A stretch of 64,000 nucleotides of DNA from a virus: IMG/VR virus record IMGVR_UViG_3300044780_000058. One strand, 5' to 3'. Within the stretch, counting starts at the first letter, position 1. The number at the start of each line of letters is the position of its first letter. Of the stretch, positions 46,621 through 54,456 are shown piece after piece. Below the pieces are notes generated by a model that was given only the letters and a program-made list of their open reading frames with translations, was not told the origin of the DNA and searched no databases. The position numbers were made by a program, and so were the translations under genes.

Positions 46621-47850
46621 AGAATTTGAACCTTGGAGACTGCCGCCTTCAGGCGGCAGAGGAAAAGGTTTGCGGCGCGATCAGCGCCGCTGGCCTTTCC
46701 GCCTGCGGAGTGATATGCTCCTGAATAGTGAAGTTGACGCTCCAATTGCAGATCCTGCCGGATGCTGAACAGCGCCGCCGCCTGCTTGAGACCATGGAGC
46801 GCGTTAACGAGGCGGCTACGTTCGCCGCGCAATGCGGATTCAAGGCCAAGGTATTCAGCCAGCCTTCCATCCACAAACTGGCTTATGCGGAGATCCGATC
46901 CCGCTTTAAGGTGTCCGCCCAAATGGCGGTTCGGGCTATCGGCAAAGCGGTTGAGTGCTTTGCGCGAGACAAGACTGTCTGCCCGGTCTTCAAACCGCAT
47001 GGAGCGATTACCTATGATGAGCGGATCTTCAGTTTCAAGGGCATGGACCGTGTCAGCCTCTGGGCAATGCCCGAAGGCCGCGTGATCGTCCCCCTGATTT
47101 ACGGCGAGTACCAGAAACAGCGATTCGACCGGATCAAAGGCCAGGCCGATCTGGTGTACCGGAAGGGAAAGTTCTATCTGCTCTGTACGGTGAATCTGCC
47201 CGACAACGCACCTGTAATACCAACGGATTTTCTCGGAGTGGACTTGGGCATCGCCAACATTGCCAGCGACTCCGACGGCAAGCGTCACTCCGGTTCCCAT
47301 GTCAAGTCTGTCCGGCATCGACACAGACGGCTGCGGACCAAACTGCAAAAGAAACAGACCCGTGCAGCCAAGCGAAGGCTGAAGAAGCTTTCCGGCCAGG
47401 AGCGGCGCTTCGCCACATGGGTCAATCACAACATCAGCAAGCAGATCGTTGCCGAAGCTAAACGCTCCGGTCGCGGAATCTCGATTGAAGATCTCAACGG
47501 GATTCGCGAACGGGTCAAGGCCGGGCAAAAGCAACGAGCAGTTCTGCACTCCTGGGCGTTCTCGCAACTCAGGCTGTTTCTGGAGTACAAGGCCAGACTG
47601 GCTGGCATATCGCTTGCAACCGTCGATCCCCGCAATACCAGCCGCACATGCTCCCGTTGCGGACACTGCGAGAAAAACAACCGCCCAAACCAATCCAAGT
47701 TTCGGTGTCGCTCGTGTAGTCACGAGGCGCATGCCGATATCAACGCTGCGGAGAATATCCGTAGGGCTGCCTGTAAACCAGCCGTACTTAGCGATGTGTG
47801 TAGTCCGCATATCAGCTAAAAGCCGTCGCCTTCAGGCGACGGATGTTTAC
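46621..47850 (+). mobile_element. IS1341-type (tnpB-only) IS200/IS605 element
   Basis: TCAT then AGAA left end, LE hairpin CTGCCGCC-TTCA-GGCGGCAG, RE hairpin CCGTCGCC-TTCA-GGCGACGG ending GATGTTTAC. Confidence 0.85.
46728..47819 (+). CDS. tnpB: RNA-guided endonuclease TnpB
   Basis: GVDLG, IEDL, NTSRTCSRCG..CRSC, HADINAA; RuvC D/E/D present. Confidence 0.92.
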   Translation: MKLTLQLQILPDAEQRRRLLETMERVNEAATFAAQCGFKAKVFSQPSIHKLAYAEIRSRFKVSAQMAVRAIGKAVECFARDKTVCPVFKPHGAITYDERIFSFKGMDRVSLWAMPEGRVIVPLIYGEYQKQRFDRIKGQADLVYRKGKFYLLCTVNLPDNAPVIPTDFLGVDLGIANIASDSDGKRHSGSHVKSVRHRHRRLRTKLQKKQTRAAKRRLKKLSGQERRFATWVNHNISKQIVAEAKRSGRGISIEDLNGIRERVKAGQKQRAVLHSWAFSQLRLFLEYKARLAGISLATVDPRNTSRTCSRCGHCEKNNRPNQSKFRCRSCSHEAHADINAAENIRRAACKPAVLSDVCSPHIS

Positions 47851-47966
47851 GCCCGACAGTGTATAGCCGTAGGTGACCTCGGGGTCCGAGATATCGTAGC
47901 CGCGGAACTTGCCGAACTGGAGGATCATGACCTACTAATGCTAGCGCACGTCAAAAGGCGGGCCGT

Positions 47967-48620
47967 CTAAGCGGCCCGCTCCAGGATCCGACTCACCGTC
48001 ATGGGGTGCCACTGGGCACCCTGCCGCGGCTTGATGCCGTCGCCGTTCAGAGTGGCCGCTATGGCGCTCAGGCCGGCCCCAGACGCACGCAGCGCGCGCA
48101 TGCGCTCCACTACCTCGGACTCGCCGGCGAGCTCGCCATAGGGCTTAGCGCCCTCGCAGCGGACACCCTTGGCGCGCATGCGCTCGCGGGCGCCGCGCAG
48201 CTTGAGCACGGTCATGGCCTTGTCGTACTCGGCCACCGCGCCCAGCACCTGCCGGATGAGCACGCGGGTCGGCTCGGTCGAGCACAGGTCGGGCTCAAGC
48301 GTCGATTCCATGGCGAGACCGCGGCGGACCACGTCGGCGATGATGTGTTCCTGCACGATCAGGTCGCGGGCCAGCCGGTCCAGCTTCTCGATCATCAGCA
48401 GCACCGGCTCGGCGGAGTCGATGGCGGCCGCGATCATGTCGCGCCAGGCGGGCCGCTCGGTCATGTCGGTGGCGCCGGGCACCGCCCGCTCGCGGAAGAC
48501 CTGGACGACCTGGTGGCCGCGGGCCGCGGCGTACTTCTCGATCGCGAGCAGCTGGCGGGTGAACCCGTCGCCTTTGAGCTGGCCAGGGCCCGAGACGCGG
48601 AGGTAAGCGAAGACTTGCAT
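47967..48620 (-). CDS. Small serine recombinase (resolvase/invertase type with recombinase DNA-binding domain)
   Basis: YLRVS, EKLDRLARD, AVAEYD, SAIAATLN..G.....W....V.RIL; 217 aa. Confidence 0.88.
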   Translation of the reverse strand: MQVFAYLRVSGPGQLKGDGFTRQLLAIEKYAAARGHQVVQVFRERAVPGATDMTERPAWRDMIAAAIDSAEPVLLMIEKLDRLARDLIVQEHIIADVVRRGLAMESTLEPDLCSTEPTRVLIRQVLGAVAEYDKAMTVLKLRGARERMRAKGVRCEGAKPYGELAGESEVVERMRALRASGAGLSAIAATLNGDGIKPRQGAQWHPMTVSRILERAA

Positions 48621-48630
48621 TACGTCTTTA

Positions 48631-48659
48631 AGGTTGCCACATGCGCTCGGTAATGTCAA
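48631..48659 (-). promoter_or_regulatory. Promoter with CGAGCG box (recombinase gene)
   Basis: TTGACA-TTACCGAGCGCATGTGG-CAACCT. Confidence 0.65.
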
Positions 48660-48667
48660 TAGAAAAT

Positions 48668-48704
48668 ACAAAAAAACCCGGGCGTGGCTGAGAGCGCCCG
48701 GGTG
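48668..48704 (-). terminator. Rho-independent terminator
   Basis: CCCGGGCG stem with 10-nt loop followed by a T-run on the minus strand. Confidence 0.75.
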
Positions 48705-48733
48705 ATTCCCAATGATGTCTGGATTGCAGTATA

Positions 48734-48988
48734 TCAGTCCCGCTTGAGCGCGGCCAGCGCGGCCAGCCGCTCACTGAAGCCGGCCGGCGGCAGCACCTCG
48801 ATCCGCACCGGCAGCCCGCCGAAGCGCCAGACGGCCTTGCGCGCTTGCGCGCGATCGCGCCGCAGGGTGAGGGAGCCCCCGACCGGGCCGTCCTCGAGCA
48901 CGGTAATGCGGTCGTCGGCCGCGGAGAACACCGTGCCCGTGATCTCGACCAGGGAACCCAGGATGCGGACGCGGTCACCGCGGGTCAC
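48734..48988 (-). CDS. Hypothetical protein
   Basis: 84 aa; GTGA overlap. Confidence 0.5.
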   Translation of the reverse strand: MTRGDRVRILGSLVEITGTVFSAADDRITVLEDGPVGGSLTLRRDRAQARKAVWRFGGLPVRIEVLPPAGFSERLAALAALKRD

Positions 48989-49191
48989 TGCGGCCTCTTT
49001 CGCGATTTACCCTCAAGCTCCGTCAGACGCCGGTCCAGGTCCTCGTCATTCAGCAAGAGAACACCGGCAATTCGCTCGAGCCGCGCCAGCCCGTCGATTA
49101 CTCCGGCCAGCATGACCTCAGTTTTTTGTTGTGCGGCTTCCAGCCGCGTCAGTCCGTCCACTAACCGCTCAATCCGTTCGTCAACTGTCAT
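48985..49191 (-). CDS. Short coiled-coil protein, family A-like
   Basis: MTVDERIERL..LARLERI..LDRRLTELE. Confidence 0.7.
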   Translation of the reverse strand: MTVDERIERLVDGLTRLEAAQQKTEVMLAGVIDGLARLERIAGVLLLNDEDLDRRLTELEGKSRKRPQ

Positions 49192-49196
49192 TTTTT

Positions 49197-49538
49197 TCAG
49201 AGGGCGCTACCGTTGCCGCCCTTGCCTTTCAAGATCAGGTCCGCGATGCGGTCGAGTTTCCTGTCCAGCTCCGCCATCGCTTCGCGGTGCTGAATCAGCG
49301 CGGCATCGTGGCTGATGAGCCACTCCTGGTGCTGCGCCATGGCGGCGTCGTGGTCGAGCAGCCACTGCCGGTGCTGGTCCGCCGTCTGCTGGAGGGTTCG
49401 CAACCACGCGGCGTGGTCGTAGATCGTAATGTCGTGGCGGGACAACATGCGGCTGTCTACCAGGACAGAGTCCTCCAAACGGTGGATAATCCGGTCCTCC
49501 ATCTGGCGCAGGTACTCGATCAGTTCAGGGTCTAGCAT
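49197..49538 (-). CDS. Short coiled-coil protein, family B (His heptads)
   Basis: His heptads; KLDRIADLILKGKGGNG. Confidence 0.7.
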   Translation of the reverse strand: MLDPELIEYLRQMEDRIIHRLEDSVLVDSRMLSRHDITIYDHAAWLRTLQQTADQHRQWLLDHDAAMAQHQEWLISHDAALIQHREAMAELDRKLDRIADLILKGKGGNGSAL

Positions 49539-49882
49539 TTGTTGCCCTCCAGCGGCATCAGCTGTGCCAGCACGTCAGGCGTGTACTCGATATCGCCCGA
49601 CCAGAAGCGCACGAGCACGTCGCGGTTCCGCTCGATCCAGCGGGTGAGCAGGTCGAGGTGCTCGGCCGAGAGCTCGCCCGGCGGAATCACACGCACCCGC
49701 GGCCGCACGGCGACTGAGACAAAATCCCGCGGACGTGCCCGCGGTCCCATCGAGACCTTCACGCGGCAGTCGTGGCGGGCGCTGCCCCGCGGCGAGATCC
49801 ACACGACAAAGGGCAGGCCGGTGAAGGCCGGCGGCAGGTTCGACATGAGGTATAGATCCTCGGCGGCGGTGGGCATACTCAT
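49532..49882 (-). CDS. DUF4160-like protein
   Basis: NL.P..TGLP.VVWIS..H..RVKV..WIERNRDVL..FW. Confidence 0.55.
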   Translation of the reverse strand: MSMPTAAEDLYLMSNLPPAFTGLPFVVWISPRGSARHDCRVKVSMGPRARPRDFVSVAVRPRVRVIPPGELSAEHLDLLTRWIERNRDVLVRFWSGDIEYTPDVLAQLMPLEGNKC

Positions 49883-50190
49883 ACGCTAGCAATTGTCGGC
49901 GCCGGCACCGACGGCTCGAGACCGCGCTCGCTCCGCCGCACCCACGTACGCTCGGCTTCGAGCTTGGCCTCGCGCAGGGTGCGGAAGCTGCCGCCGCCCC
50001 AGACGCTGTACTGCTTCACACGCGGCAGCACGCCCGAGCGGCCGCTGTACAGCGTGGCGCGGTAGGTCACCGCCACCTGCGCGACCAGCCTGCCGTCGAG
50101 CGTGCCGTTGTAGACCACCCTCAACCCGCCCAGGGCGGAGAGGCGTTGCCATTTGAGGCTGCTCATGATCCCGCCTCCACCAGCCGTCAT
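49879..50190 (-). CDS. Hypothetical protein
   Basis: GSFRTLREAKLEAE motif; coupled operon. Confidence 0.5.
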   Translation of the reverse strand: MTAGGGGIMSSLKWQRLSALGGLRVVYNGTLDGRLVAQVAVTYRATLYSGRSGVLPRVKQYSVWGGGSFRTLREAKLEAERTWVRRSERGLEPSVPAPTIASV

Positions 50191-50603
50191 GCTCGCACCT
50201 CGCGCCCCGGGTTGCCCAGGTCAGCCGGCCGCCAGCGGCCCTCGGCGTCGTCGTACTGCTGGGCGCGGCCGTCGAGCGACACATAGGCCGAGCGCAGGTC
50301 CTCGCGGTGGATCATGGGCACGCCCTTGGACAACGTCCAGCGGCGGTAGTTCGCGATGCGGCTCGTGTTCACGCGGAAACCCTGGGCCTGGAGCGCCTCG
50401 ATCGTGGCCAGGAGCGGGTGTCCCTCGGTCAGAGCCAGCGCCTCGGGCTTCACCACGAAGCGGCGCAGCTCCAGGTCGTAGGTGTAGCCCAGCAGCACCT
50501 CGAGCGACCAGGCCGTGCCGTGGTGCATGCCCGAGGGCAGCCAGCCGGTGGCGTGGATGGTGGCCAGGTAATCGGCGGCCCGCTGGCGCTGTTGCTTGGT
50601 CAT
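50187..50603 (-). CDS. Hypothetical protein
   Basis: 138 aa, coupled overlaps. Confidence 0.5.
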   Translation of the reverse strand: MTKQQRQRAADYLATIHATGWLPSGMHHGTAWSLEVLLGYTYDLELRRFVVKPEALALTEGHPLLATIEALQAQGFRVNTSRIANYRRWTLSKGVPMIHREDLRSAYVSLDGRAQQYDDAEGRWRPADLGNPGREVRA

Positions 50604-50839
50604 CGCACCGCCTCGACCACCGGCCGGGATTCCAGCAGATCGGCCAGCAGATCGGCTGCCTGTTCTTCGTCCAGGTCAGTGATATTGTGGTCCACTGTGC
50701 AGACGAGCTTGCCGTAGCTGGCGTACTCCACCTCTTCCCCCGCTTTTGCCTTACGCAGCATGCTACGAAAGCGCCGGGGCGAGAAGCGCCAGACCTGACC
50801 GAAACTTTCGCAGTAGATTGCTTGGTTGTTGTTTGCCAT
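50600..50839 (-). CDS. Hypothetical protein, first gene of a leaderless operon
   Basis: ATG 6 nt after the -10. Confidence 0.55.
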   Translation of the reverse strand: MANNNQAIYCESFGQVWRFSPRRFRSMLRKAKAGEEVEYASYGKLVCTVDHNITDLDEEQAADLLADLLESRPVVEAVR

Positions 50840-50845
50840 GTCTTG

Positions 50846-50874
50846 ATCTTGCCACGAGCGCTCGGTATTGTCAA
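50846..50874 (-). promoter_or_regulatory. Promoter with palindromic CGAGCGCTCG box
   Basis: TTGACA-ATACCGAGCGCTCGTGG-CAAGAT. Confidence 0.75.
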
Positions 50875-50889
50875 TAGAGCCGAGAGAAT

Positions 50890-51075
50890 TTATTTTTCTA
50901 ATGCGGCGCCCCGTAGGCCAGGCGCCGCTTGCTTGGCGTGGACCTTACCGTCCGAGCGTAAGGGGCCGCATCGGCGCGATCGGGCGCGATCCAGCAGGAA
51001 AGCCAGCACGAGCCAGAGCGCCAGCCAGAGGAGGCCGCCAGCGCCCTCGCGCAGGGCGGTGAGCCAGGGCCTCAT
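50890..51075 (-). CDS. Small single-TM protein
   Basis: GLLWLALWLVLAFLL. Confidence 0.4.
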   Translation of the reverse strand: MRPWLTALREGAGGLLWLALWLVLAFLLDRARSRRCGPLRSDGKVHAKQAAPGLRGAALEK

Positions 51076-51332
51076 ACGCCCGATATCCTCCGCTCCTCCA
51101 ACCAGGAGCGCCGGCAGACGCAAGGGTAGACCTGGCACTCTTGGCAGGTGTGCTGGTCGAACCAGTCGCGCATCTGGCGCGCCCACTTGTCGGCCTTGCA
51201 CACGCGGTCCCAGGCCCAGCGGGGCTCGGTGGTGTCGGCGCCGAAAGCCGAGGCGACGTCGCCCGCGAGCAGGACCGACGTCGCATCCAGGATGCCCTCG
51301 ACGACCGCGCGGGTGGTGCGGGGGCGTTTCAT
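51072..51332 (-). CDS. Hypothetical protein
   Basis: MKRPRTTRAV..CQEC..C.C; GGAGG RBS. Confidence 0.45.
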   Translation of the reverse strand: MKRPRTTRAVVEGILDATSVLLAGDVASAFGADTTEPRWAWDRVCKADKWARQMRDWFDQHTCQECQVYPCVCRRSWLEERRISGV

Positions 51333-51559
51333 TCGGCCTCCGCGGCCAACCCGCGCACCAGCTCGAGCAGCCCCAGGTCGCGCAGCTCGAAATAGCGCAG
51401 CGTGCCGAGCTGCCAGGCCGGCATCTGGCGCAGCACGTCCTCGGCACGACCGCGCGAGTGCAGGCAGGCCAGGTGGGCGTAGTGGCGCACGCCGTACTTC
51501 AAAATCTGGGAGCGGTCGTCCGACCACTCATTGCAAAAACGACAGTGATTCAGGTTCAT
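51329..51559 (-). CDS. Small zinc-binding hypothetical protein
   Basis: CRFC..KYGVRHYAH..C. Confidence 0.55.
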   Translation of the reverse strand: MNLNHCRFCNEWSDDRSQILKYGVRHYAHLACLHSRGRAEDVLRQMPAWQLGTLRYFELRDLGLLELVRGLAAEAE

Positions 51560-51561
51560 AG

Positions 51562-51795
51562 TTAGCGCGCCTCCTCGACCGCGAGAAGTCGCTTGAACTC
51601 CTCGCGCGAGATGCGATCGAAGGCGGCGCCGGAGCCGGAGCCGCGGTAGAACGTGTACCGATAGCTCTGCGGTCCGACTTTGCGGGCCACCACTCGGAAC
51701 CGGAAATCGGGGGACGTGAACGCGCCGGCGCCGTCCGAGTTGGCGCTGGCCAGCGTCAGCGCGCCGTTGAGGAATGCCCAGAGGGTAGGTCTCAT
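51562..51795 (-). CDS. Hypothetical protein
   Basis: MRPTLWAFL...; GGAGG RBS. Confidence 0.45.
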   Translation of the reverse strand: MRPTLWAFLNGALTLASANSDGAGAFTSPDFRFRVVARKVGPQSYRYTFYRGSGSGAAFDRISREEFKRLLAVEEAR

Positions 51796-52031
51796 CCCCG
51801 CACCTCCGGCGCTCGGTGGCGCGCGATCAACGCGCCCACCGTGGTCTCGACCGACGTGCGCTCGACCGACCCGTCCGGGAAGGCGACCACAAAGGCCTGC
51901 TGCTCGAAGGAGCGCACCGAGTTCGAGCGCCACTTGCCGTCTGAGCAGTAGGCGACGGCGTAGGGCACGCCGAAATAGCGGGCGTTCGACTTAGCCGAGT
52001 CGAGCGCATTCTGTAGGGTGAAAGACATCAC
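51792..52031 (-). CDS. Hypothetical protein
   Basis: 79 aa, coupled. Confidence 0.45.
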   Translation of the reverse strand: MMSFTLQNALDSAKSNARYFGVPYAVAYCSDGKWRSNSVRSFEQQAFVVAFPDGSVERTSVETTVGALIARHRAPEVRG

Positions 52032-52205
52032 TTACTTCTCCTCCCGCACCAGCTCAGCGCGCCAGCGCTGATCCGGGCGCTTATTCCAGCGCATCACGTA
52101 GGCCGCGGCTTTACCGCGGGTCTCGAAATACTCGGCCAGGAACACCTCGCCGCGGTCGTAGACGCGCACCAGCCAGCGCACCGTGCCGGTCTTGGACTTG
52201 GGCAT
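52032..52205 (-). CDS. Hypothetical protein (not in ORF track)
   Basis: Hand-translated MPKSKTGTVRWLVRVYDRGEVFLAEYFETRGKAAAYV...; TAATG overlap. Confidence 0.5.
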   Translation of the reverse strand: MPKSKTGTVRWLVRVYDRGEVFLAEYFETRGKAAAYVMRWNKRPDQRWRAELVREEK

Positions 52206-52411
52206 TAGCGGCCCTCCCGTGCGAGCAACTCGAGGTCGGCCATGTCGCGGGCGTCGTCGAGCGCGTGCTGGATCTGATTCCAGTTGAAGCCCAGGGCCAC
52301 CAGGCCGCGGCGCAGGCGGCCGGCAGCGGTGCCGCGCACGATCGCGCGGTACCTGGGCTGGGTCTCGAGCACCGACTGAATGTAGCGGTCCTGGAGTTCG
52401 ATCAGCGTCAT
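52205..52411 (-). CDS. Hypothetical protein
   Basis: MTLIELQDRY...DARDMADLE; GGAGG upstream. Confidence 0.5.
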   Translation of the reverse strand: MTLIELQDRYIQSVLETQPRYRAIVRGTAAGRLRRGLVALGFNWNQIQHALDDARDMADLELLAREGR

Positions 52412-52416
52412 AATGG

Positions 52417-52614
52417 TTACTTCACCTCCTGCATATCGCGCAGCACGTCTTCGACCCGCATGTCGGGGATGCGGTCCTTGATCGAGAGAGCCAGCTCGTA
52501 CTCCGGCCAGCGGCCGGAAGAGCGCCGCACCCGCACGAACCACTCGAAGTCGCCGCCGTCGCCCTGCGCGTGCTTCGCGAACAGCCGGCCCGTAATCGTT
52601 TCGTTTGCCTTCAT
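52417..52614 (-). CDS. Hypothetical protein, leaderless first gene
   Basis: ATG 7 nt after CAAGAT. Confidence 0.5.
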   Translation of the reverse strand: MKANETITGRLFAKHAQGDGGDFEWFVRVRRSSGRWPEYELALSIKDRIPDMRVEDVLRDMQEVK

Positions 52615-52621
52615 CTGTTTC

Positions 52622-52650
52622 ATCTTGCCACGTCCGCTCGTTATTGTCAA
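52622..52650 (-). promoter_or_regulatory. Promoter with CGAGCG box
   Basis: TTGACA-ATAACGAGCGGACGTGG-CAAGAT. Confidence 0.75.
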
Positions 52651-52659
52651 GACTTATTT

Positions 52660-53043
52660 TCACAGGAACACTTCCACCGGCACCCGCAGGAAATGGGCGA
52701 GCTGCTTGGCTTGCGACTTGCTGATGCCGCGCTTGCCGCTCAAAACCTCCGACACCCGGCTTTTGGGCAGGATCGACCACAGGTCGACCGGAGCGAGACC
52801 TCGCTCCCCGAGCAAGTAGGCGAGCATCCGGTGCGGCTCCGCCTCCGGCAGCGGGTGCATGCGATCTTCGTATTGCTCCACGAGCAGGCTCAGTAGCTCC
52901 AGCAGCCGGCCCTCCGCCTCGGTAAGCTCCGCCTCCGGCCGCTCCATCAGCCCCTGAACGCGAGCCAACAGCCGGCGGTATTCCGCTTCCGTTCGAATCA
53001 CCACGGGCAGCGCGCCCGCAAGCAGCTTCCGGTACGACCTCAT
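52660..53043 (-). CDS. higA: HigA antitoxin
   Basis: IRTEAEYRRLL..LLSLLVEQYE..LAYLL.ERGL..SRVSEVLSGKR.IS..QAKQLA.F. Confidence 0.88.
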   Translation of the reverse strand: MRSYRKLLAGALPVVIRTEAEYRRLLARVQGLMERPEAELTEAEGRLLELLSLLVEQYEDRMHPLPEAEPHRMLAYLLGERGLAPVDLWSILPKSRVSEVLSGKRGISKSQAKQLAHFLRVPVEVFL

Positions 53044-53327
53044 AGCTTCCACTTTCCTTTCGCATATTCAGCGTGCGTGAGGATGTGCCTGATGTACACC
53101 ACCTGCCAGCGATACTTGATCGCAGCCACTAGCCGATACTTGTTCCCGGCGATGTTGAATACCGTGAACGGCTCCACCACGTCAGCATGCCGGAAGTCCT
53201 GCCGCACCTCGGCCAGATTCGCCCAGCGCGCCCGCTTCGTCACCAGATACCAGTAGAGCAGCGGCTCCAGCGCATCCCTGTGCTGGTGGGCAAATTCAGT
53301 AATCGCCGCCTTGCTGATCACCCTCAC
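53040..53327 (-). CDS. higB: HigB mRNA interferase toxin
   Basis: MRVIS..W.NLAEVRQDF..AD.V..FTVFNIAGNKYRLV..I.Y....YIR.ILTHAEY.KGKWK. Confidence 0.9.
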   Translation of the reverse strand: MRVISKAAITEFAHQHRDALEPLLYWYLVTKRARWANLAEVRQDFRHADVVEPFTVFNIAGNKYRLVAAIKYRWQVVYIRHILTHAEYAKGKWKL

Positions 53328-53334
53328 AACCCTA

Positions 53335-53353
53335 GGTTACCAAAACGGTAACC
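53335..53353. promoter_or_regulatory. Palindromic operator upstream of higBA
   Basis: GGTTACC-AAAAC-GGTAACC. Confidence 0.65.
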
Positions 53354-53441
53354 ACAGAATCCAGCACAACCCCCCAAAAAATCGGCCCGGCCCCTTCGGG
53401 AGAGAGCCGGGCCAGTTTGGGAGTCAGCCCAATTCACAAGC

Positions 53442-53762
53442 TCAGGGAGTATCTGCCAGCGCTCTCTGGAACGCCTCCCAGGCGTTTCGGTCAGTGCGCT
53501 CTAACTCGTCTAACTCGTGCGCCAGGTGCTCACAGTGAGTTATCACGTGAGCTATCTCGTTTGATAACTCGAGCTTATGGCCAGATAGCTGAGTTAGCAG
53601 GTGCGAGTGTAACTCGGTCAGGAGGCGGGACCAGGTGGCGAACGGGTTGGCGTAGCCAGTCCTTGGGATCCGATCCCCCGGGCCGGCGGGCAGCTGCTGT
53701 GGCGAACCCGCCCGGCCCGGTTGTTGCGACAGTTGACGAGGCAAGCATTTCCTCGCGGCCAC
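53442..53762 (-). CDS. His-rich helical hypothetical protein (start uncertain)
   Basis: LTELHSHLL..GHKLEL..AHVITHCEHLAHELDEL. Confidence 0.35.
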   Translation of the reverse strand: MAARKCLPRQLSQQPGRAGSPQQLPAGPGDRIPRTGYANPFATWSRLLTELHSHLLTQLSGHKLELSNEIAHVITHCEHLAHELDELERTDRNAWEAFQRALADTP

Positions 53763-53763
53763 C

Positions 53764-53828
53764 AGGCTATCACAAGCGCTCGCTCGTGTCAGCAGATGAT
53801 TGCCGGCGCGGGGTGGATGTGGTACAAC
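53764..53828. promoter_or_regulatory. Back-to-back promoters
   Basis: Minus: CTGACA-CGAGCGAGCGCTTGTGA-TAGCCT (53792-53764); plus: TTGCCG-17-TACAAC (53800-53828). Confidence 0.6.
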
Positions 53829-53837
53829 CGCTCGCTA

Positions 53838-54245
53838 ATGTCGAACATCAATCTGGAGGTTTTTGCACGCCATTGGCGGCTCACTCTGAGGGGTGACACG
53901 GACGACCGTTATGTGGCCGGCAGAGTGCACCGTACGCTCGATGGTGTCAACTGCACCCGGCAGCTCTACTTCGACGACCTGGAGCTGTGCCTGCTCATCA
54001 CCGATGGGCGGGTGGTGGCGCCGCGCGTCTGGAAGGCGCTGGGCGCCCGCAAGCTCTGGCTGGGCGATATCTCGGCTGACTCCGCGGGACGACGCGTGCA
54101 GGATGTGCGCGCGCAGGGCATCCCCATGGCTCGCGCGCCCGAGGCTATACGGCTCGTGCGCGCGTTCCCCCGGCGGGTCGCGACCGAGGCGCAGCGGGCC
54201 GCCCTGGCCAAACATGCGTTCAAGGCGGGGAGAGGTGATCGCTAG
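53838..54245 (+). CDS. Hypothetical protein
   Basis: MSNINLEVF...; ends TEAQRAAL..F; ATG 9 nt after the -10. Confidence 0.55.
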   Translation: MSNINLEVFARHWRLTLRGDTDDRYVAGRVHRTLDGVNCTRQLYFDDLELCLLITDGRVVAPRVWKALGARKLWLGDISADSAGRRVQDVRAQGIPMARAPEAIRLVRAFPRRVATEAQRAALAKHAFKAGRGDR

Positions 54246-54456
54246 GATCGGTAGGATCCCGCGCTAGAGGGCCTCGCCAGGCGCTAGAATCGATCGGCGA
54301 GGGTCGGGTGGACCTGTGAGTCGTTTTTGGGCCGGCGATCGATTCTGACGCCCAAAAGACGCGGTTTTCGGAGAGCGGCCGCGAGCCGCATGCCCCGCGT
54401 GCCCCGCGTGCCCTGCGCGAGTCTCACGCGCGCGAGGCTCGCGGGAGTCGCGGAGG

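Noticed and set aside
15003-51565. Long alternative ORFs (15003-16166, 23063-24631, 34595-35815, 35356-37242, 36860-37879, 39111-41102, 50153-51565)
   Set aside because: Shadow frames of well-supported genes in GC-rich DNA; low-complexity Arg/Ala/Gly translations without motifs
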